Origin: an uncultured Armatimonadetes bacterium
GTDB lineage: Bacteria > Armatimonadota > UBA5829
Length of the DNA: 64,000 nt
Assembly (NCBI GenBank): GCA_963711155.1
Contig: CAVQDB010000005.1
Location: 1,923,298 to 1,987,297 of the forward strand
Reading direction: 5' to 3'
Part shown: in pieces, positions 38,714-47,964 of the stretch
Position numbering within the stretch: position 1 is the first letter of the stretch
Layout of the letters: every line of letters starts with the position of its first letter
Position numbers and translations under genes: made by a program
Notes under the pieces: generated by a model
What the model saw: only the letters and a program-made list of their open reading frames with translations
The model's database searches: none
What the model was told of the DNA's origin: nothing

Positions 38714-39442
38714 ATGACTCCCTTCGACACCAAGACACTTAAGAAGATCGCTCGCAAGCTGCAGGTGGACATAACCGACTTCGCCCTGCTGCAGCAGTCG
38801 CTGACGCACAGGTCGTATCTGGGCGAGGCGGGCGAGGCGATGTCCAACGAGCGGCTGGAGTTCATGGGCGACTCGGTTCTCGGAATGGTCGTGGCCGAGT
38901 ATCTCTATGCGCAGTTCCCTGAGCGATCCGAGGGCGATCTTGCCAAAGCCAAGGCGGTCGCGGTGAGCGAGCCGGTGCTGGCCGAGAGCGCGAAGCTCCT
39001 GGGCCTGGCCGATATGATCCTGATGAGCACCGGCGAGGAAGCCAGCGGCGGCAGGAGGCGGCTGTCGATCCTTTCGGACTCGTTCGAGGCGCTGGTAGCG
39101 GTGGTCTACCTCGACTGCGGCATGGACGCGGCGCGGCAGTTCGTGCTGCGAGCGCTGGAGTCGATACTGCTCGATATCGAGCGAAAAGAGCATATTCGCG
39201 ATTACAAATCACTGCTCCAGGAGCACACCCAGGGGCTGTATAAAGAAGCGCCCAAGTACATCGTCATCGCTGAAGAGGGAGCGGACCATGACAAGACCTT
39301 CACGATCGAGGTGACGCTCAGAGACGCCCCGATGGGACGGGGAACGGGCAAGAGCAAGAAACAGGCCGAGCAAGCGGCGGCGCTCCAGGCGCTGGAGTTC
39401 GTTGAGAAAGCTATGCCAAGCATTCGGGAGGGCGATGAATGA
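38714..39442 (+). CDS. rnc: ribonuclease III
   Basis: NERLEFMGDSVLG signature and a C-terminal dsRBD (GKSKKQAEQAAA). Confidence 0.9.
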   Translation: MTPFDTKTLKKIARKLQVDITDFALLQQSLTHRSYLGEAGEAMSNERLEFMGDSVLGMVVAEYLYAQFPERSEGDLAKAKAVAVSEPVLAESAKLLGLADMILMSTGEEASGGRRRLSILSDSFEALVAVVYLDCGMDAARQFVLRALESILLDIERKEHIRDYKSLLQEHTQGLYKEAPKYIVIAEEGADHDKTFTIEVTLRDAPMGRGTGKSKKQAEQAAALQALEFVEKAMPSIREGDE

Positions 39443-40247
39443 GCCAGTATAAGGCTGAGATCGGGGTATTCGGAGGCTCCGGGTTCTATTCACTGATGGA
39501 CTCGTTCGAGGAGATCAAGGTCGAGACGCCCTATGGCGCGCCCAGCGATATGGTCACCATCGGCGCCATCGGCGGCCGCAAGGTCGCGTTTCTGCCCCGG
39601 CATGGCAAGCACCACCAACTCCCGCCGCACATGATCCCCTACCGCGCCAACATCGCCGCAATGAAACAGCTCGGCGTGACGCGCATCATCGGGCCCAACT
39701 GCGTCGGCAGCCTGCAGGCCGAGATCAAGCCCGGCGATTTCGTGGTGTGCGATCAGTTCATCGACCGCACCACCGGCCGCAAGGACACATTCTACGACGG
39801 CCCGGTCGCCACGCACGTCTCCTCCGCCGAGCCCTACTGCCCCACCCTGCGCAAGCTCGCCGTGCAAGATCGGCCGCGAGCAGGGCATCACGATGCACGA
39901 CGGCGGCACGACGGTCGTCATCCAGGGCCCGCGATTCTCCACGCGCGCCGAGAGCCTGTGGTTCACCAAAATGGGCTGGGCGACGGTCGAACATGACCCA
40001 GTATCCCGAGTGCATCCTCGCGCTCGAACAGGAGATCTGCTACGTCAACATCGCGCTGATCACGGACTACGACGTCGGCATAGTCGCCGAAGGCGGCGCG
40101 GAACCCGTGAACGCCAGCGAGGTTATCAAGGTCCTGCACTCCAACAACGAGCGCGTGAAATCGCTGATCCTCGAGATGATCAAGCGCATCCCCGACACCC
40201 GCGACTGCCCCTGCGCGAGCGCGCTGAAGTTCGCGAGGCTGGGATAG
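39439..40247 (+). CDS. mtnP: S-methyl-5'-thioadenosine phosphorylase, two frameshifts as assembled
   Basis: IGVFGGSGFY...FLPRHGKHHQLPPHMIPYRANI, then GITMHDGGTTVVIQGPRFSTRAESLWF, then NMTQYPECILALEQEICYVNIALITDYD. Shifts at ~39868 and ~39989. Confidence 0.85.
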
Positions 40248-40266
40248 CAGGCTATCAGGAGTGACA

Positions 40267-40722
40267 ATGGGCATCGGGGAGGATCTCTCAATGAATGATG
40301 GGGGCATTCTGAAATGGCAGGTGGGGGCCGTAACCGCCCCCGTGTTCTTGATGATCGGCTTCGGCGGTCCGATTGCCAGCCTAATCGCCAAGATCAGCGG
40401 ATCGAGTCGCGACTGTGCCGACATTGCCCTCTTGGGTTTGACGTTTGTCGGTATCGCCGCAGGGGTCAGCACTTGGCGCGTCAGAGTCTCACCCGTGAGG
40501 CGCGCGGCCCTTGTCTTGCTGTGGCTGCTTCCGCTTTTCGTTCTTCAGTGTACCCTGCTGGTATACGGATTGAGGTGGAGCGAGTTTGCCGCAAATCTGG
40601 TACAACAGGGTCGCAGTATATCCGCCATCTTCTTCGCGTTCTCCTTCCTGCTAGGCGCCGTGCCTGTCTACATAGCGCGACCCCGCGAAGCAGACGACAG
40701 CAAGTCTGGGGAATCCGATTAG
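40267..40722 (+). CDS. hypothetical membrane protein (about 4 TM)
   Basis: Hydrophobic segments only. ATG 40267 lies 6 nt after caggag. Confidence 0.4.
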   Translation: MGIGEDLSMNDGGILKWQVGAVTAPVFLMIGFGGPIASLIAKISGSSRDCADIALLGLTFVGIAAGVSTWRVRVSPVRRAALVLLWLLPLFVLQCTLLVYGLRWSEFAANLVQQGRSISAIFFAFSFLLGAVPVYIARPREADDSKSGESD

Positions 40723-40774
40723 CAGTGCGTTGTGTTGTGTTATGTGGTATACTGATATTTAGAGGTGTACTGCG

Positions 40775-41179
40775 ATGGCGCATATTCTTACCGTAGAACA
40801 AGCTGCCAAGATGCTCCAGCTCAATCCGCAAGTCGTCAGGCAATACCTGCGCAAGCGTAAGCTCCCAGGCTGCAAAATAGGCAGACATTGGCGCGTGAGC
40901 GAGGAAGAGGTTGATAGGTTCGTGCGCGAGGGCAGATGGAACGCGCGGACCGAGCAGGAGGTCCAGAATGCCCGCGTCGCGGAGTGGCGCAGTTTGTCGT
41001 CGGAGGAGAGGCAAAAACGCTTGGACGCCGTAGCAGGCAAGTTTCCGAGCAGTGGTCACGCCGTGAATGATTTCCTGCGAGAAAAGCACGCAGAGACTGC
41101 GGAGGAGAACGCAAACTCATGCGCCGCCAATGGCGCTACCTGGACAGAGACGAGAAACGCAGGCGTATTCGTTCTGTGA
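40775..41179 (+). CDS. excisionase-family HTH protein with antitoxin-like C-terminal tail
   Basis: LTVEQAAKMLQLNPQVVRQYLRKRKLPGCKIGRHWRVSEEEVDRF. The C-terminal WRSLSSEERQKRLDAVAGKFPSSG...DFLREKHAE is paralogous to the small ORF 41119..41286. Confidence 0.6.
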   Translation: MAHILTVEQAAKMLQLNPQVVRQYLRKRKLPGCKIGRHWRVSEEEVDRFVREGRWNARTEQEVQNARVAEWRSLSSEERQKRLDAVAGKFPSSGHAVNDFLREKHAETAEENANSCAANGATWTETRNAGVFVL

Positions 41180-41286
41180 TGGGCAAGTTCGCCGATGTGC
41201 CGTTCTCGAGTGAAGACCTGATCCGCGAGCGGCGGGAGGAAGTCGAGCGCGAAGAGCAGCGCTGGCAGGAGCGCGATAGGGAATGA
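41119..41286 (+). CDS. small antitoxin-like protein (55 aa) translationally coupled to the PIN toxin
   Basis: MRRQWRYLDRDEKRRRIRSVMGKFADVPFSSEDLIRERREEVEREEQRWQERDRE. Its TGA overlaps the vapC ATG (ATGA). Too short for the supplied ORF track. Confidence 0.45.
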   Translation: MRRQWRYLDRDEKRRRIRSVMGKFADVPFSSEDLIRERREEVEREEQRWQERDRE

Positions 41287-41681
41287 GGCTGGTTATGGAC
41301 TCCAGTGCCATGTTGGCGCTTCTGCGGCTGGAAGAGGGAGCGAGCAACGTCGAGGCACTGCTTACCGATAACGAATGCTCTGTGCATGCCGTGAATCTGT
41401 GCGAAGTCTACTACGGGTTCCGTCGCGAGAAGGGGCATGAAGCAGCGGAGGCTGCCCTAGATGCCTTTGCCCTCACAGGCCTTGAAACCCGCGAGGACTT
41501 GGACCCGGCTTTCTGGCAACTGGCCGCTATCTACAAGTGCGATCACCGTCGCGTTTCACTTGCCGATTGCTTCGGTCTGGCGCTGGCGAACAGAATGAAC
41601 GCGGAGTTCGTTACCACAGACCACCACGAGATTGACGCGCTGGTGGAACTCGGCCTCTGCCGCGTTCGATTCATCCGCTGA
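41283..41681 (+). CDS. vapC: PIN-domain ribonuclease toxin VapC
   Basis: MRLVMDSSAML...NLCEVYY...SLADCFGLALA...FVTTDHHE. The four acidic PIN positions are recognisable. Confidence 0.8.
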   Translation: MRLVMDSSAMLALLRLEEGASNVEALLTDNECSVHAVNLCEVYYGFRREKGHEAAEAALDAFALTGLETREDLDPAFWQLAAIYKCDHRRVSLADCFGLALANRMNAEFVTTDHHEIDALVELGLCRVRFIR

Positions 41682-41703
41682 CAACCAAGGACTGACAACT
41701 CCT

Positions 41704-42732
41704 ATGCAGCGAACAGTAGACTACTCAAACGGCAAAGTGACAATGATCGACCAGACCCGCATTCCGGCGGAGTTGGTCAGTATCGAGCTGACGACCCCCG
41801 AGCAGGTCGCGGACGCGATCACAACTATGAGGGTCCGTGGCGCGCCAGCGATCGGCGTGGCGGCGGCGGTCGGAGTGGCGCTCGCGGCGCGAAACGCGTC
41901 GGCCGACGGCAAGGACGAATTCCTCGGCGAGGTCGAGCGCGCCGCGCACCTGCTCCGCAACACCCGCCCCACCGCGGTCAATCTCTTCTGGGGCATCGAG
42001 CGAATGCTGTGCACCGCCAGGGCCGCGCTCGCGGACGGCCTATCCGTCGATGAAGCGAAGCACGTCGTTGACGAATGCGCCATCTCGATGGTCCAGGAGG
42101 ACGAGGACGTATGCCGCGCGATCGGCGCGCACGGCGCTGAGCTGATGCCCGACGAGGGCCACGTGCTCACCCATTGCAACGCCGGCGCGCTCGCGTGCGT
42201 CTCTTACGGCACCGCGCTCGGCGTGATCCGCGCGGCTATCGAGACCGGCAAGCGAATCCACGTCTACTCCGACGAGACCCGCCCGCGCCTCCAGGGCATG
42301 AAACTGACCTGCTTCGAGCTGTTGGCCGACAACATCCCCGTAACGGTGATCTCGGACAGCATGGCCGGCTCGCTGATGCGCAAGGGACATATCGACTGCG
42401 TCGTCGTGGGCGCGGACCGCATCGCCGCGAGCGGCGACGTCGCGAACAAGATCGGCACGTATTCGGTCGCGGTGCTGGCGCACCACCACGGAATCCCGTT
42501 CTACGTTGCCGCGCCGACCTCGACCATCGACCATTCCCTGCACTCCGGCGACGACATCCCCATCGAGGAGCGTTCCCACGAGGAAGTCACCCACATCGAC
42601 GGTCACCGCATCGCGCCAATCGGAGTCGATGTCATCAACCCCAGCTTCGACGTCACTCCCGCGGCGCTCGTGACCGCGATCATCACCGAGAAGGGCATCG
42701 CACACCCGCCGTATAAGCAGTCGTTGAAGTGA
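41704..42732 (+). CDS. mtnA: S-methyl-5-thioribose-1-phosphate isomerase
   Basis: MRVRGAPAIGVAAA, TRPTAVNLFW, THCNAGALA, ETRPRLQG and VGADRIAASGDVANKIGTY motifs. Confidence 0.85.
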   Translation: MQRTVDYSNGKVTMIDQTRIPAELVSIELTTPEQVADAITTMRVRGAPAIGVAAAVGVALAARNASADGKDEFLGEVERAAHLLRNTRPTAVNLFWGIERMLCTARAALADGLSVDEAKHVVDECAISMVQEDEDVCRAIGAHGAELMPDEGHVLTHCNAGALACVSYGTALGVIRAAIETGKRIHVYSDETRPRLQGMKLTCFELLADNIPVTVISDSMAGSLMRKGHIDCVVVGADRIAASGDVANKIGTYSVAVLAHHHGIPFYVAAPTSTIDHSLHSGDDIPIEERSHEEVTHIDGHRIAPIGVDVINPSFDVTPAALVTAIITEKGIAHPPYKQSLK

Positions 42733-42766
42733 TCAGTTGACAACTGATGACTGTTGGAGGGTCGCT

Positions 42767-43480
42767 ATGCTCAGTGAAGCCTTGATGAAGCAGCTCATCC
42801 GCGACGTGCCCGACTTCCCCGCGCCGGGCGTGATGTTTCGCGACATAACCCCCGTCCTACAGGACGCGAAGGCGTTCAAGGAAGTGATCGACTCGATGGT
42901 CGAGTGCGTCGCGCCCATGAAACCAGACGTCATCGTCGGCATCGAGAGCCGCGGATTCATCCTGGGAACGCCCATCGCGCTCCAACTCGGCGTCGGGTTC
43001 GTGCCGGTGCGCAAGGCAGGCAAGCTGCCCGCCGACACGATCAAGGCCGAATATGCGCTCGAATACGGCACCAACGCGGTCGAGATACATCGCGACGCGC
43101 TCGAACCGGGCATGCGGGTGGCCATAGTTGATGATCTCCTCGCCACCGGCGGCACCGCCAGAGCGGCGATTCAGCTCGTGGAGGAACTCGGCGCCAAGAT
43201 CGTCGGCCTGACATTCCTGATCGAGCTCGACTTCCTGCACGGCAGAAACGTGCTCGAAGGCTACGAGGTCTGTACGCTTGTAAGGTACTCAGGAGACTCC
43301 AGAGTGATGCTGAACCGCATCTTCAAGCTCAAGGAGAACAAGACAACCGCATTGACGGAGGCCCTGGCCGGCCTGATCGCCTACACAACAATCAAGCTCT
43401 TCCGCGGCAAGTTCAGGCAGATCCACCCGCTGATGGCCATCGTCAGCATTCTCTTCGCCGTCAGCTTCGCCCTGAGCTGA
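42767..43480 (+). CDS. apt: adenine phosphoribosyltransferase reading through into a permease remnant
   Basis: IRDVPDFPAPGVMFRDITP...VAIVDDLLATGGTA. The normal APT length ends near ...TLVRY (~43288), but the frame stays open for 64 more codons. Confidence 0.8.
   Translation: MLSEALMKQLIRDVPDFPAPGVMFRDITPVLQDAKAFKEVIDSMVECVAPMKPDVIVGIESRGFILGTPIALQLGVGFVPVRKAGKLPADTIKAEYALEYGTNAVEIHRDALEPGMRVAIVDDLLATGGTARAAIQLVEELGAKIVGLTFLIELDFLHGRNVLEGYEVCTLVRYSGDSRVMLNRIFKLKENKTTALTEALAGLIAYTTIKLFRGKFRQIHPLMAIVSILFAVSFALS
43307..43480 (+). pseudogene. remnant of an AzgA/PbuG-type purine permease (N-terminal ~28 aa joined to C-terminal ~29 aa)
   Basis: Own RBS aggaga, 8 nt, ATG 43307. MLNRIFKLKENKTTALTEALAGLIAYTT fits the NCS2/AzgA N-terminal pattern FKLxExxTTxxTExxAGxTTF. 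The tail GKFRQIHPLMAIVSILFAVSFAL looks like the family C-terminus. Confidence 0.5.
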
Positions 43481-43541
43481 CTTCGAACCTCGAACTTCGG
43501 ACCCCGAACCTCGTGTCACCAAATGTTAAGCTCCATTTCTC

Positions 43542-43570
43542 TTGACATCAAACCAGCCCGCCGATATTAT
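43542..43570 (+). promoter_or_regulatory. sigma70-like promoter upstream of the AbrB-ABC operon
   Basis: TTGACA (43542-47), 17-nt spacer, TATTAT (43565-70). Followed by the attagt...actaat inverted repeat. Confidence 0.5.
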
Positions 43571-43624
43571 GTATTAGTATGATTTGTATGACTGCGCGCA
43601 CTAATAGAAAAGAGGTGACTGGCC

Positions 43625-43879
43625 TTGAAGAAGCCATCCCTTGAGGAGAATTTCTTCGGCTCTGCTACTGTCGGCGAACGCGGACAGATCGTTATCCCCG
43701 CGGAAGCGAGGAAACGTTACAACATCAACCCCGGCGACAAGGTGCTCGTGATCGGGCACCCGACCGCCAGCGGTGTGTGGGTGTGCAAGATCGATGCGAT
43801 GCGGCAGGTCTTCTCCAGCATGCTCTCCGAGATCGAGAGGCTCGAGTCGAAGATTGCCGAATCACCAGAGGAAGAATAG
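43625..43879 (+). CDS. AbrB/MazE/SpoVT family DNA-binding protein
   Basis: VGERGQIVIPAEARKRYNINPGDKVLV is the swapped-hairpin barrel signature. Confidence 0.7.
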   Translation: MKKPSLEENFFGSATVGERGQIVIPAEARKRYNINPGDKVLVIGHPTASGVWVCKIDAMRQVFSSMLSEIERLESKIAESPEEE

Positions 43880-43885
43880 ATCGCC

Positions 43886-44791
43886 TTGGCGCCAATCATC
43901 GCTGCTTCCAACCTGACCAAACGGTTCCGGCGCGTACTCGCCGTGGACGGGCTTGATCTCCAAGTCGAGCGCGGGGAGGTGTTCGGCTTCCTCGGGCCCA
44001 ACGGCGCGGGCAAGTCCACCACCCTGCGGATGATGGTCGGATTGATCCGGCCCACCCGCGGGACCGTGCGCCTGTTTGGGCATGATGCCTGGCGGGAACA
44101 CTGCGCGGCGCTGCGAAACGTGGGCGCGATGATCGAGGCGCCGGCGTTCTACAAGTATCTGAGCGGGCGCGACAACCTGCGGGTGCTCTACAACACCGGC
44201 GGCAACTGCACTCGCAAGCAGATCGACGAGGCCCTGGACATCGTCGGCCTGCTTGGGCGTGCAGAGGACAAGGTGAAATCGTACTCGCAGGGAATGCGGC
44301 AGAGGCTGGGGATCGCGCTTGCCATACTGGGCAAGCCGGACCTGGTGCTCATGGACGAGCCGACCAACGGCCTCGACCCGCAGGGCATGAAAGAGGTCCG
44401 CGACCTGATCTCGCGTCTCTCGAGCGAACTTGGCCTGACGGTGTTTCTTTCGAGCCATCTGTTGCACGAAGTCGAGCAGATATGCACACGGATCGCCGTC
44501 GTCAACAAGGGCCGCGTCATCGAGACCGGCAAGGTCAGCGACCTGCTGAGGCAATCGGAGACTTATGACGTTCACGCTCACCCGGCCGACGCCGCCGCGC
44601 AGGCGATTGAGCGGCTGGGATGGGCGTCGATCCAGGCGACGCTGGACGGCATGATCAACGTAAAGCTTACCGGCGGCAGCGCGGCGGAGCTCAACAAGGC
44701 GCTTGTGGAACAGGGAGTCGCGGTATCGGCGCTGATCCCCCGCCAACCGTCACTCGAAGAGCTCTACTTGAGATTGATGCAGGAACAATGA
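43886..44791 (+). CDS. ABC transporter ATP-binding protein (ABC-2 type)
   Basis: GFLGPNGAGKSTT, YSQGMRQRLGIA and LVLMDEPTNGLDP motifs. Confidence 0.85.
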   Translation: MAPIIAASNLTKRFRRVLAVDGLDLQVERGEVFGFLGPNGAGKSTTLRMMVGLIRPTRGTVRLFGHDAWREHCAALRNVGAMIEAPAFYKYLSGRDNLRVLYNTGGNCTRKQIDEALDIVGLLGRAEDKVKSYSQGMRQRLGIALAILGKPDLVLMDEPTNGLDPQGMKEVRDLISRLSSELGLTVFLSSHLLHEVEQICTRIAVVNKGRVIETGKVSDLLRQSETYDVHAHPADAAAQAIERLGWASIQATLDGMINVKLTGGSAAELNKALVEQGVAVSALIPRQPSLEELYLRLMQEQ

Positions 44792-44806
44792 ACTGGGGGC
44801 TATACC

Positions 44807-44906
44807 CCGTTAGCCCTGAGTAGCGAGGAACGAGCGTATCGAAGGGCGGTGGCGGAAGCACGTGCTTCGATAAGGCCCACAAACCGGGCCTACTCAGCAC
44901 TAACGG
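44807..44906. repeat. ~100-bp nested imperfect palindrome between the ABC ATPase and permease genes
   Basis: Outer arms ccgttagccctgagtag / ctactcagcactaacgg. Inner arms gtatcgaag / cttcgatac-like. Confidence 0.6.
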
Positions 44907-44939
44907 TGTTGGAAAACGAGACGCCGCCAGAGCAACGAT

Positions 44940-45794
44940 ATGATCAGACAGATCGGTTTTGAGCTATACAAGATGTCACAGCGGCCGAGGACCTACCTCG
45001 GCTTCGCGGCGTTCCTGCTCATCAACTTCTTCGTGATGATCGGTCTCAAATACGGCCACCTGGCATGGGGAACCCACCGGGCTATCCACTCCGGCTACGC
45101 CGTGACCGGGTCACCCGCGAACGCGGAGTTCATGGCGTGGCTGGCCGTCGGCTCGCCGCTCTCGGGCATGATTCTGATCATGTTCATGCCGTTCTTCGTG
45201 TGCCTGGTGTTCGGCGAGATAGTGAGCGGAGAGGTGGCGGAGGGGACGCTGCGGACGGTGCTCTGCAGGCCGATCCGCAGGAGCAGTTTCTTCACCGCCA
45301 AGGTCGTGGCGAGCGCGATCTACTCGATATGTCTGGTATTGTTTCTCGGAATCTCGGCGTATATTCTCGGCTGGGTGTTCTTCGGGCGCGGCGGGCTGCT
45401 GGCAAGCGGCACGTTCGAGCACCCGATGGTGGCTTGGTATGCGCACGGTCCGGCGTTGGCGCGGCTGTGTTTGTCGTATATACTGGTGTGCGCGGGCGCG
45501 GTCACGGTCGGTATGATCGCGTTTTTCATCAGCAACTGGCTGCACAACTCATTGGGCGCGATCGGCGGAGCGATAATGCTGCTCTTTACGGCGCTGGTTA
45601 TCGGCGAGATACCGTATTTCAAGCCGATCAAGGACTATCTCTTCAGCACGCATTTGCTGATGGGCCAGAAGGCGTTTGCCGACCCGATACCGTGGCAGGA
45701 GATCGCGTTCTCCCTGAAGTGCCTGGCGCTCTACATCGCGGCGCTGTTCGCCGTGTCGCTGGCCATATTCCGAAGAAAGGATGTGCTGGCATGA
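44940..45794 (+). CDS. ABC-2 family transporter permease
   Basis: Six hydrophobic segments. Immediately downstream of the ATPase. Confidence 0.7.
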   Translation: MIRQIGFELYKMSQRPRTYLGFAAFLLINFFVMIGLKYGHLAWGTHRAIHSGYAVTGSPANAEFMAWLAVGSPLSGMILIMFMPFFVCLVFGEIVSGEVAEGTLRTVLCRPIRRSSFFTAKVVASAIYSICLVLFLGISAYILGWVFFGRGGLLASGTFEHPMVAWYAHGPALARLCLSYILVCAGAVTVGMIAFFISNWLHNSLGAIGGAIMLLFTALVIGEIPYFKPIKDYLFSTHLLMGQKAFADPIPWQEIAFSLKCLALYIAALFAVSLAIFRRKDVLA

Positions 45795-46488
45795 GGCTGC
45801 GGCTTGGCTTCATTGTTGCGTTGACCGCGATTCTTGCGCTTGCCGCGGTCGCGGCGACAACCGAGAAACCCTCGGGGAAGCGATCCTTGCCGCCTTGAAG
45901 AAGGGCTTCGCGGGCGTCAACGACTGCACCGCCACCGTCTCGCTCACCGTGAAGGGCCCGCAGATGAGCATCAACGGCATGCGAATGACGCTCTACTACA
46001 AGAAGCCCAACAAGATACACGTAGAAGCTGAACAGGGGATGGCAATGTTCCCGCGCGGTGACTTCTTCGGAAACCCCATACAGGAACTCGCCAACGGCGC
46101 CCGCGCGGTCTACGTGAAGTCCGAACGCAAGCTCGGCGTGGATTGCCACGTGCTCAAGCTGACCCGGACCAACGCGGGGCCGGATGCGCCCGCGATGACC
46201 GTCTGGGTGGACAAGAAGCACATGGTGGCAGTGGCCGTGGAGAGCACGGGAACGGCCGCGTTGAAGAGCTCGTGGCGCTACGAGACTATCGGCGGCAAGT
46301 ATTACCTTCCGGTTGAGATGATAGCCGAATTGCGGCCCCCCGGCGGGCCCAATGCCGGCAAGCCGGTCAAGTCCACGATCAAGTTCAGCAACTACAAGGT
46401 GAACAAAGGGATAAGCGACAAGATATTCGAGTCGAAACCCCCAGCCAAGGACAGCGGTTGGCACCCGCGACGGAGGTATCGAAAGTGA
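45791..46488 (+). CDS. LolA-like / outer-membrane lipoprotein-sorting family protein, one frameshift as assembled
   Basis: The signal peptide MRLRLGFIVALTAILALAAVA lies in the ORF 45065 frame. The mature part LGEAILAALKKGFAGVNDCTATVSLTVKG...YYKKPNKIHVE lies in the ORF 45781 frame. C-run deletion at ~45872. Confidence 0.5.
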
Positions 46489-47872
46489 AGCTGCTCTCTC
46501 GCTTAACTGCCCTGGCGGCGGCTCTGGCCATAGCGTCCGCCTCGTGGGCACAGACTACGGCTCCCGCAACAACGAACCAGGCACTGACGATCGACCAGGC
46601 GCTCGAAATCGCGTTCTGCAACAACCCCGGCCTGCGCATCGCCACGGACGCGGTGAACAAGTCCAGGGGAGTGGTGGAGGAGGCGCGTGCCAGGTTCAAC
46701 CCCGCGTTCAACTCGCAGATGGTGCAGTTGTATCAGGGGCCGGCGGTCGAGTTCATCGAATCCGACCACCAACACGTCTGTCCCGATCATCCCGCCCTCG
46801 CAGAACTCGGCGCAGATCAGCATTTTCCTGCCGCTGGACATATTCGGCAAACTGCGTTACGGCCACGACATCGCAACCGATCAGTTCCAGATCAGCTATC
46901 TCGAGCCTGCTGACCACGTCCGAGCAGTTGATCTCACAGGTCAAGCGCGACTACTACGAGCTTCTCCGCGCCTGCGGACAGGCGGACACGGCGCAGGCGG
47001 CGGTTGACGTCGCGGCGGTCCGCCTCAAGAACACCCAGGCGCGCTACACGGAGGGGACCGTGCCGAAGTTCGACCTGACCACGGCCCAGGTGGATCTCGC
47101 AAACCTCGATCAGAACCTGATCGCCGCCCAGAGCAGGGTGAATATCGCCCAGGCTAACCTCAACAACGTGTTGGGAATCCCCGCCGACACGCCCACGCAG
47201 GCAGCCAAGAGCCCGATTCCGGTGGAAACGTTTGAGGTGAATATCCCCAAGGCCACCGAGACGGCCAAGGAGCAGCGGCCCGAGATCAAGGTGCAGAAGA
47301 CGAGCGTGGCGTTGAACAAGACCAATATCGCCCTGCAGCGCACCGGCGCGAAGCCGACGCTCGGCATCTCCGGCCACTACGACTACGTTTCAGCCCAGTC
47401 GTTCTCCACGAGCAATTTCTCTTACACAGCCGCGGCGACCCTGTCGATCCCGATCTGGGACGGCGGCGTCACCAAGGCCAGAGTGGACCAGGCCTATGCC
47501 GATCTCTACTCCGCCAAGGACACGCTGCAGCAGACCGAGCTGCGCGTCAGCCAGGAGGTCAGCAACGCCGCGCTGGTCCTGGTGGAGGCGGCCAAACGAA
47601 CGAAGACGACCGCCGAGAGCGTCAAGCTGGCCGAGGAAGCCCTTCGGCTGGCGAACGTTCGCTACGACGCGGGGATCGCGGTCCTGGTCGAGGTAACCAA
47701 TGCCGAGTCCCAGTTGACCCAGGCGCGGTTCAACGAGGTCAACGCTCTATACGACTACGCAATCGCGCTGGCCGAGTTGCAGCGCGTCACGGCAACGCAG
47801 CCCGAGATCGCCAAGCTCTGCCTGCTCGACTACAAACCAACGCTGAATCTATCCGCGCCGCCGACACAATGA
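46485..47872 (+). CDS. TolC-family outer membrane efflux protein, two frameshifts as assembled
   Basis: GTG 46485 after ggaggt. The signal peptide and LTIDQALEIAFCNNPGL come first. The rest lies in the ORF 46687 and ORF 46544 frames (RYTEGTVPKFDL..., RYDAGIAVLVEVTNAE). Shifts at ~46760 and ~46906. Confidence 0.75.
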
Positions 47873-47964
47873 CAGGGGGGGTCGGTTTGCGATCTGCGTG
47901 CCGCGCCGAGGCCGCTCCAAATCGAAACCCAGAATCGTGAATCGCGGATGCTGGAGGTAGCATT

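Noticed and set aside
44795-44940. Structured intergenic region examined as a possible tRNA or small RNA gene
   Set aside because: I could not recognise a cloverleaf, T-loop (GTTCRANYC) or anticodon-arm geometry. The structure is a long nested palindrome instead. No other intergenic region in the window looked tRNA-like either.
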